This document shows, one piece after another, positions 54,537 to 64,000 of a stretch of 64,000 bases of DNA. Position numbers and translations under genes: made by a program. The notes under the pieces are model-generated. The model searched no databases. It had not been told where the DNA came from and was given only the letters and a program-made list of their open reading frames with translations. Within the stretch, counting starts at the first letter, position 1, and every line of letters starts with the position of its first letter. Origin of the DNA: Balanoglossus misakiensis (lineage: Eukaryota > Animalia > Hemichordata); assembly GCA_040954595.2 (NCBI GenBank), contig CM082596.2:7394468-7458467 (forward strand), given 5' to 3'.

Positions 54537-56230
54537 GGTTTTTTTTTAAATTGTAGTATGTTTGTAACAACCAGACGGGGCCGAAAAACTATTTTCATAA
54601 AATAGTGCAGTCTGTACAAATATAATGAGAAGATTTCCTGTAAAGGCGTTTTTTTTGTCAAATGCAGAAGTGTGAAACTAACATACAGTCCGGTTTCTAT
54701 ATTTTGTCAACGGTACTACCGTTTTTGTCCTTATGTTAGATATCATGTATTTAAGATGGCGACGAGTAATCTGACACAGCCTATTAATGTGATCTTTGTG
54801 TTTATCGATGAGAGAGCCAATAGCCGCATTTCACGGTTTCTTCCGGCGAAAAAGTAAACTCGACCTCAAGATTTGTATATTCTTATTGGGAAAGGGTTCA
54901 TGTGTGTGGGCTCTAGATAGTGTTCGCGTGTGTTTCCGCTCCATAAGCTGATCTTTAGTTCGCGGACCTGGCCGATTAATCCCAAAGAAACTCCTTTGTC
55001 AGACGGGGGCTTCCGGCTTCGGCGATCACCGTAGACAGCCCCGGGGATAATTCGCTCCATTTAAGGTCACCTTCGGGTCAAATTTCACGAGGTGTTTTCC
55101 ATATCGCATGACGTTCTCATTTGAATAAGTGGTATTTGTTTATAAATGGGGTAAAGCGGCACAGACCACACAGCCTTCCGCGCGCAAAAAAACATGTTTA
55201 TTTGTTTATTTATCCGTGTCCCATTTGTTTATCCGTGTCCCGGAGCCCAGTTGATCGAATTCGAAATTTGTGTGGCTGTCGGCAGTCACGGACAGAGAGA
55301 AAAATCTCTTTTTGTCCAAGCATCCATATATTAAACCTCGCAGCGTTTAAATAGATTGCATGCGCGATGCAAAATTTGACTGGGCATGTATAAGTCGGTT
55401 TCCCCTGTCCAACCTCCCAGCACTCTTAATATTCGGCGACCGGGGCGTATCCCAAACTCCTGACTAAATTCTGAAGTTTTGTTTTCTCCGCGCCGACTGT
55501 TTCTGTACGGTCTGGCTGCGAGGTTTTTGGCCATAGAAGGCACGACTGCCGCAAACCCAGGGTCGCCAATTGCCCGCTTTTCCACCGTGCTTGTAAAACA
55601 CGTGTAAATCGATCACCACGCCCATCTTGTCAGCAGCTCGACCGACCTATTAATCCAAATAAAATATGACCCAGTCTCTTCTCGTGGTTTCGACTGACAA
55701 CGTTTTAGTCAAATTAGTTCCCGCTACCCGCAGCTCTTCGCGTTTATTAGACAATCGGAAAATGAATGTCAAACAAACGACCTTCTTCGGTAGCGACAGA
55801 GTCTATTTTGGGAACCTGTTGCCAGGTAACATGACGTTGAGCTCACCTACAAATGTCAGAATAAAGGCCATGTCAAACATTAACATGATTAATGCCACCA
55901 ATATTATACATAGCGCGGGTGTGATATTGATATTTAATCGTGCAAACTGCAGACATATTCTGACGAACGGAAAATTGAGAAAGAACAATATCAATCGGCG
56001 ATACTATGCCATGATAACAGTTAGAAACTGGAGAGCCAGAAAAAATGTCTTAAAGTTTATTCGCATATTGCCGACCCATAACGGGCCACTTTGTTAAAAT
56101 AAATGAAACGTCTCAATATGCAATATTGTGCGTTTTGAGCCAAGATTTTTCTCTCCTACTTTTAAATTAAAGGCACCTTACTCTCTCCCTGTCCTCTGAA
56201 TGTGTCAATTGGTCTTTATTACTTTTCCTA

Positions 56231-56385
56231 CAGTCAAACTTGTCTATAGCGGCTAGTCAAGGGACTTTCTTAAACTGGTATTTATAGACAGGTGGCCTTG
56301 ATAAACATGGTAATTGCACAGGGACTACATGTATAAGAAAGTGGCCACTATATATACTAGGTGGCCACTGACACAGGTTTGACTG
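56231..56385 (+). mobile_element. MITE family A copy 2
   Basis: TA|CAGTCAAACTTGT ... ACAGGTTTGACTG|TC; the interior aligns with 3915-4068. Confidence 0.85.
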
Positions 56386-59300
56386 TCTATACTAATAAGT
56401 AAACTTTCCTGATAGACATATGGAAAAATTATGAAATATATAGTTGACGTATCCCTGGTTCAATAAAGCTTGCCTTTTGTCATCAGCAATTGGACATAGT
56501 GTATCACATATGTTGGTATCCCTACTAACATATATATAGCCCGTTAACCTATATTTACAACCGTTACATTGCAAGTCACAGCGCGCTTGTAAATGAGGTA
56601 GACTTTAGAAAGTATCACTTACGTTTATGCTATTTTCATCAGTCACGTAACGCCCCCGAGTTTAGATCATGAAATTGCAACCCGAAACTAATTCTTGGGC
56701 CGCAACCCAATAAATTTATCGGTACGTGTACTCTCAAATTCAGACAGCTAATTTCTTGCGCGAGCGTAATATGCAAGCCCATGTTACACGATTCTTGTCT
56801 TACTGGGCACATGTCATTGAAGGGTGAAAGTACATGTAGTAAAGCCATCAGGAGAAAATATGGCTGTTTAGGCTTCTAAATGGCTTTTTGCCGTGTTTCT
56901 ATCCAACAGGTACTCTTGTTTTATACACCACTGTCTGAAAAATTGGGGTGGAGGCTCAGTTATTGTGAGATTCTCACAAAAGTATATCATCGAGCTTAGC
57001 GTCGAACTCCAGGTGAACTTTTTTCTCCGCGTTGCATACTAAAAGTAGTACGCCCCCAGCGACTAGTAAAGTACACAACACTACAGTAAAATAAACACAA
57101 AGGACGTTGAAATATTTCAAAAATTGGCATGTTTGTTTTCGGTATGGTATGGTTGTGAGGGTTGACGCCATACATTTCTACTCATATAAACGGTATTTCA
57201 AAGTACGGTAGGTGGAGGGCCGTACGCATATTATATGGGCGGAAAATATTCTCAAAGAAAACATTGCACGTAAAAGTGTCGTAAATTTGCCGTACTGTAC
57301 CTGGCGTTCAATAAACCGTGTCATAGACAAAATCCCACTCGGCATACTTTGAATTTTGCAATATGTTCATCTGACCTTATTTAGTAATACAGGGGGAAAG
57401 GCCTTGCGGGTCGAAAAACCGTGACAAGACGTACGATTTGATACACATCATATGTTCTTTAGGAGTTTTGACCCAAGATTGCGGTCATCAGAACTTGTTT
57501 AACTGAGGGCGCTTCTTTGATTTTCGCAGTGGACCCGGCGAACAGAGACACAAGAAAAACGAAAAGAGCAAAATGACATCATTTTGTGGTCTAATTTTTT
57601 ATTTGTAAAATTTCGTTGGAAGCAAAACTCAATCAGTTGTGGTACTTTAAACTGTCATAAATGCACCAGGAAAAAATTCGCATTGTCTACACTTTTCATG
57701 GAATATGTGTAAAAATACTCATCTATCTTTGCATGCGATTGATGATTTCATTACAAATAGTGACGTTTGGCAATCATCCATCTTAAAGTGCAGAGAAAAA
57801 CATGTTTGTTTTTACCTGCTGTTTTTCTTGTTTATTTTTCAGTTGTGTTCCCTCGATCTCAAATATAGTGCCAATACACAGGCCTATGCAATCGGTATAA
57901 ATTCCAACAATAACTTGAAGCTGCCGCCAAGTTTTTCGTTTGCTCAAGCACCGAGCACCGCGGTTCAAGTAGGCATTCCTAATTCTTTATTTCCGAAATT
58001 GTTCTGTGTTTATCGTTTACACGCTAGGAGTTTGTTTTCCCTATATACACAGCTATAATATTACTTGTCGGCGCTCTTAGCTTACTGTAAGTTGTTTTCT
58101 GCTGGGCGTGTTTGTCATTCGCCCGTAAGAACAGTCACCTCTCCGCGACAAGCGACATTCCTGAGATCGCGACAAACAAACTATCGCGTGTCTTGAACTC
58201 ACAATGCGAGTAACAAGAGAATCCTGGGAGCTAAGAAGCGTCAAAGACAATGCGTAACGTGACCACTCTGGATGTGTGGTTTATGAACTTTTACTAAAAA
58301 GGGTTTAGACTAATTTTTAAATTATATTTTTTTTTTACAATTTGCACACTTGTTAAATATACGAAGAAACATCATCGTGTCAGACAAACTATGATTCCTA
58401 CAGGAAACCTTCCATTTTGGGCAGTCTTGGGTATATGCCATTTGGTCAAATTGAATTGTTCGCAAGATTGCACCGCGATCACACGATTAAGTAGTCTAAT
58501 ATCTAGACGTGTGTTGTCCGCTTCATTTGCTTCCAAAGCGGACATCACACGGCTGGATACTAGACTAACGATTGAGCTTATAGGGACTCAAGCGGAATTT
58601 CACCGGTAACATAACATCACAGAAGGTCAAAGGTCAGGCCTGTCTTCCTGTAAATAGCGTCTGCACTATTTCCCATGGGGGAACCCAACTGTTCGCTATT
58701 GGCTCTGCCGCGAAGGCCTGTCACACAAAATCGGATGTTTTCATTTCGATTTCCGGGCCATAGGTCCGGTCTCAATTCCTGTGACGTCATCCCGCTGACA
58801 TACATGTGTATACACGTCAGATTTCGGTCAGTTAGCACTTTCAATTATCGCCCTTGTGAACATGTTTCCCGTTGGGGGGGGGGGGGGCAACACATCTTCT
58901 GCTTTCAGCACTGCAGTGTCCGCCACGTTCCCAATATACACACAGGGCGTGTCACAAAATACCTGCGCCGTTACAAAACCCACAGCATATAGAGCCTACT
59001 CCCTTGGCGACATCAAGACAACGCCCAGCAACGAATACAAGCTACAGTACCTACCGAATCAACAGATTGAAAGCAAAGATGACTTGATACATTTGGCCGT
59101 GTTCGATAAATGTTCTCCCTGCTTGCACAGTGCGCTCTTCGTGAAACGGTCTTTGCGACTATGTCCCGATTTAATAGCGTGAGCGCCTATACGACTAAAT
59201 TTAATAGACCCTGCCATATGCGGGTTCTGACATGTGAACACGCCCTGTTTGAAGGCCACAGGAACAGAGTTTGTCCATAAAAACAAACAAAACAACACTG

Positions 59301-59840
59301 AATGGTGCACGAATCGAAACCTCCATTGTAACTCGGTTATCAAAGATTTTAGATTAAAACTTCAGTTATCTCATGTCGCTAAGCCTACCAAGGAACGTAT
59401 GCACGCGTGAATTAACAATGGTCCAAACGGAGAATTTCTGCATTCTGCGGTTCGCATCTTAATATGGCCGCCATTCTTTCAACTAAACATAAACAACAAT
59501 ACAACATTTTCTGGAACTTAAAATAAAGAAAGGGTACGCAGCATGACTCAGTCTATGTATTGCCTGTGGTTGACCTGGTATGACCTCAACTTGCAAGCAA
59601 TAAGGACAAATTTGATAGCGTCAGTGTAATAAAACCCATGCTATAAATATTTGCTGTCAACATCTCACAAACTATCACAGAATTGTTAAAATGCGGGTTT
59701 CAATATGCCCCAGTAAATTTTATTTACCTCAAGTGTCCGCCAGGACTGTTAGGCGTGACCTTATATGACCTTTAGAACGGGATTTGGCGAGCCCGGTTCA
59801 GTACACACAGTTTTTTGTTTCATTATCAACGTCACATCTT

Positions 59841-59893
<53 letters not shown>

Positions 59894-59915
59894 TATCATC
59901 GTCATCATCATCATT
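59841..59915. repeat. (ATC)n trinucleotide microsatellite
   Basis: About 17 perfect units then degenerate units; gives poly-His/poly-Ile pseudo-ORFs. Confidence 0.97.
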
Positions 59916-62900
59916 ACAATCTTCATTATCCGCATTATGATAATCATCCTCACTTACACTTCAAATATTAGATCTTTTTCAGTAGCGGACCGCATATGAT
60001 AGAAACGAGGGGTATAAAGAAGGTCTTTGCGGTGAACACGTTGAATCAAACAGTTGCGTTTCACACAGTATTTGCTATTGAAATAACTGGAGTTGTACTT
60101 CAATTCAGGACACTTCGCATGACTGTAGAAACACACCGGATATCCTTGGTGTGAATCCCAAATAAAAAAAGATCGGCGTTGTCATTACCTGTGGTTGAAA
60201 AGAAAATATATCCCTCAGAGTTTCCGAGTAGTCCTCGCCAGCTACCGCGGTGCCGTTGTAGTGATGAAAGTGAGAGTATACGAGCGACCCTGGTCTAGTT
60301 CTGTATATTCTGCGGGCAGACTGCGAAGTGGCGTCGGGCGCGACGGCACGTCCAATTTATACTCGTCCGCACACGTTCCAACACACGTGCCGCACCGCCT
60401 AGGGTGTTGTAAAGGTATATTTCTGGCTTCGGCGTGGGGGTGACGGCACCTAAAAACACTTGAGTTCTTGGATCGAGGTCAAGATCCGCCCACGTAGAAG
60501 TGCTACAACCCCCTCGAGATGGTAAAATCTATTTCGGACACGTTTCTTTTAAAAATGGGTGACAAAAGTTCGGCTGGCGCATGGAAAACGCCTCTGTAAC
60601 ATTGTAAACTACGATTACCTGTAGGAGTAACTATACAAGTATGCATGCAATGATGCTGCTTGGGTTTTTAATCCATGCAAGTCCTAATTCCCAGAGTTCA
60701 TAGCGCTATCGCTATGGAAACAGCTCACTGACAGGTAGGCCTGTATGTTAGATTCATACTTTATCGAATCCTAGCCACTGTGATTTTAGATGTCGAGTGA
60801 CCGAGGTTCCATGGGCGCGTTCGAAAGCAATCATACATCCCAGGGACTCGATCTTTGAACAGTTCAAAGCTATTTTGCAGTAAAACGCGCAAGGCACGAA
60901 TTCCTGTATAGTAAAAACACGAACACATGTGATGGAAAGTCGTAAAAAAACCTTTGAAACCGGCAACGGCGCTTTGAAATACTCGACATTAACATCGCGA
61001 CAATGGTCTGAGATAGGCAAAACGACAGAAAGTGAATTGTGCTGCTTGCTCACAAGTCCGTTTGTGGGGATACTTAAACATTTTATGAGCGCTAAGATTC
61101 ACACAAGAAATACCCCGGGAACATTATGATCTCATTAGATTCCCTAATGGGTGACGAGAAACAGCGATTATGGTCAATTGAATAGCGGTGAGTGGAGTGG
61201 TTTAAAGTCATGTATTTGAGCGCTGGCCTTTTGTTGTCTCTGTGGTCCTTCTTTGGAAATGAGACAAACGCCGCAAAAGTTCAAGGGGGTTCTGAGGAGA
61301 GAGAGGGGAGGGAGGGGGAGAGAGAGGGGCAGACATGGACAGCGAGATGGGGAGGCACAGGCACAAACATTGGGACAGACAGAAAGGCAGACAGGTAGAT
61401 AGATTTACAGATCTGGTAGTACTGTGGTTAGCACGCAAAATATACATTCAGCCACCCAATGGAAGAAAGGTGTGAGTTGATGTTTTGCAATGAATTCATA
61501 ACACCTTCGTTCACTATCGGAAACGTAAAGGTTAGCAAATAGGTTTGCAAGTCAAATACCCCTTCAACTATACGGCAGACATTTTGAATGTCAGTGAACA
61601 TTTACGAAAGAATGATGAAAGACATCTTTCGCCGTTGTGTATTGAATATCCACTGTACTGCCACACACTGCAGTATGGAGCGCGTCAATTGCGAAATCAG
61701 TTCGTAGACTGGCCAAACTGTCCAGCCATTTTTTTCCGTCATCTGCATTGCATTATTTGCAACACTCTTTTTAATTACAACACATTGCGGGTGTTCCCAG
61801 GTACCAGGCGGGTACATCAAGGTCATTTTATTTCCACAGACTTCCGACCACACCCCGCACATACAGTTTTGCTCGAAAGCTGTTGTTCGACCACCTGTTT
61901 GAAGGTACATTCTAACGCGTCACCCTATAGCCTCGCCCGTTTCACCTCCAGTACATTCACACAAGCTACAATTGCTCTAGCGATATTTGTAAACAAGGAA
62001 AACCTCGGTACGAACGTTCAACAAGTTAGCAAAATTAAGGATTTTGTTTACATAGCCCGGACACATAGCATAGACAATATAGCATTCGCTGCTGCTATCA
62101 TTAGGGGCCTATAACCATGGACTCCTACCCGTACCGCAATTTATAACCTACAGTTTTCACCAGGTACATATACTAGTATATGTATTCATTTTTACCGTGT
62201 CTGTCTTGTGTTAAAGCCCGACCACATTTTTAAACGGAGAAGACATGTTACGGTTCTCGGTTACAACGTATGGTCTCATCCGAATCACACATTTTCTCTC
62301 TCGTCCATCTCGCCATCTGTCTGTCGCTCTACACATCTGCCCACAGTGTCTCCTGTGTTCCTCGTGTCAAAACGCCGGTGCCTAAAACACCTGCGATCTG
62401 AAGAAAACAACAAGAAAACATGTGAAGTACTCACGCCTTTTCGCGTTCTTGGGTACGCGTGCTCTCCTCACTAAAAGCGTCTGCAGCTTGTACAGAAAAG
62501 GATATTTGGCGTTTCACTAGAAATCCTGTTTCATGAACAGCGACAAGGGCCCTCCAAAATGTAGTCTTTAGTTACTGGACGTCTGAAACATCCTCACTCG
62601 CATTTCACGACTGTCTGTCAGTGTGCGTAAAGCCACCCATTCCTCGCGAGTAATGTGCCCCTTAATTGTGCCGAAATACAGCTGCCCATTGTTATTTTAT
62701 GGCGACTCGAGAACCGCGGATAAGTCTAGGACCCCTTTTCAACATCGGCATTACAATACGAAGCACCCCCTTCAAAAACATTACCAAAGGCAAAGCACTC
62801 AGCGGTATTGCGACTCTTGTTGAGCAATTTTATTTTGTGTTCAGCTGAAAGCCCTGAAAGAAGCCTGCGCTATTTTTCTCCATCAAAAGGCATAAGTAAA

Positions 62901-63806
62901 TCGTTCGCTAGGGAGGATTGAAAACGGAGTCATGTTTCGCGCAATCGTCTTTCAGTCGTCGACACTGCCCGGTATGTTGAGAGGCGCTGTAACAATGACA
63001 GTTGACCCACACGTCGCCCTTTTTGTGTAATTTCATTGGACTGTCCATTATGGCCTTTAAGTGTCTCGGCTAGACCGCATTCAGGCGACAGATATTTACC
63101 CAACCTGCCAATAATTTAGAAGTCAATACGGGCACTTGTTGCCGTTTAAAGTGCCCGGTGCATAATGGGGGTAAACAGAGATTTTCTGTAACAGTTTCTT
63201 ACAGCTCGGGTTTTGTAAATCCATCAATCGCCTTGTCGTTCCTCTTTAAGGTCTCAGCTTGAGTAACCCCGGTTGCTATTGGCTGCATTCTTTTCCACGG
63301 ACAAGGTCGTCAAATCATTTACGTGTTATGGGTATGGGAACGGTACAGACACTTTTAAAAGGCAAATTAATATCGATTCTCATTCTTACAAGGGTAATTC
63401 GTTTTGAGAAAGTTTACACGTTTTTATTTCACATTTCCGATTACACGTTCTTCCGTATTAAGTTTTTCTTACAGGTAATTGTCAATTCTCTTTTCACTTT
63501 TTTCGAATGGTATATTACATTGACAGAAAAAAAAACTTACATCACATATCAATTACAGTGTTTTGGAGACATTTGTTGGGATTGCCACTAAAAAGGTAAA
63601 ACGAGACTCTAGGGGGCGCTGTCCATGATAATTTGTTGCAGTTTGTCACCAGGATAGGTATGCTCCTTGTTAGCAGAATAATAAACTCGACTATCAGGAA
63701 TAAAATCTAAATAGGAAATACTACGGTATCAGCTGCTGTTTCTTGTCTGAGAGAATAGTAGTCATTTTGACAGAGCGTACAAAGTGGAACAAGAAACTGC
63801 AGTTAA

Positions 63807-63991
63807 AGGTATACAGTCACCTCTAATTTACATACGCCCACATATCTGAAATGGCGTATTTGAGCGTTCTAGAGGAACATATGGTGGCGCTCTTTTTATT
63901 CGCGTGTGCCAACCACTGAAAATCTGTGATTGGCTAGATCTCAATTTGCCATGGTAACTATTTCTAATTTTACATAGGTGACCGTATACCT
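63807..63991 (+). mobile_element. MITE family B, complete 185-bp copy with TTAA target duplication
   Basis: TTAA|AGGTATACAGTCACCT ... AGGTGACCGTATACCT|TTAA; 16-bp TIR with 1 mismatch. AG termini plus TTAA fit Kolobok/T2 elements. Confidence 0.93.
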
Positions 63992-64000
63992 TTAATACAC

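Noticed and set aside
60699-60716. CATAGCGCTATCGCTATG inverted repeat resembling the P-like scars
   Set aside because: No flanking direct repeat (CAGAGTT vs GAAACAG).
61545-62114. 189-aa plus ORF and 102-aa minus ORF (61602-61910)
   Set aside because: No recognisable motif. The W...YPP...W..WPV spacing in the minus ORF only vaguely recalls transposon accessory proteins and cannot be supported without a search.
62165-62184. Perfect 20-bp palindrome TACATATACTAGTATATGTA
   Set aside because: AT-rich, single copy and without a 7-bp TSD; it may be a footprint variant but cannot be assigned.
1-64000. CRISPR arrays, tRNA/rRNA genes, tRNA-derived SINE heads, conserved bilaterian miRNAs, prokaryotic operons or defence systems
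   Set aside because: No regularly spaced repeat-spacer array, cloverleaf or A/B-box pair, recognisable mature miRNA sequence or gene-dense coding structure was seen by eye. tRNAscan-SE and Infernal would be needed to exclude these formally.

Overview
This window is eukaryotic and essentially non-coding: it has no long ORFs, operons, rRNA/tRNA or CRISPR arrays, but many microsatellites and G/C homopolymer runs, and no obvious CpG depletion. It resembles an intergenic or large intronic region of a marine invertebrate, possibly a deuterostome (inference from sequence style only). Almost all ORFs in the supplied track look spurious. What the sequence supports directly is a DNA-transposon landscape. 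It contains two copies of a TA-flanked Tc1/mariner-pogo-like MITE and two TTAA-flanked Kolobok/T2-like MITE families, one of which is a 346-bp near-complete palindrome. It also holds a ~250-bp TCTCGCGAGA-bearing element in two inverted copies and two further dispersed repeat pairs. The most unusual signal is tiny transposon scars: three 15-20 bp CATRGA...TCTAYG inserts, each between exact 7-bp direct repeats, resembling P/Galileo excision footprints, and at least 18 TACATGTA octamers resembling Tc1 footprints. There is also one plausible minus-strand start-codon exon (7335-7560) and a GATA/Fox/Sox-dense candidate enhancer (51989-52342). All alignments and counts were made by eye; no gene can be named.
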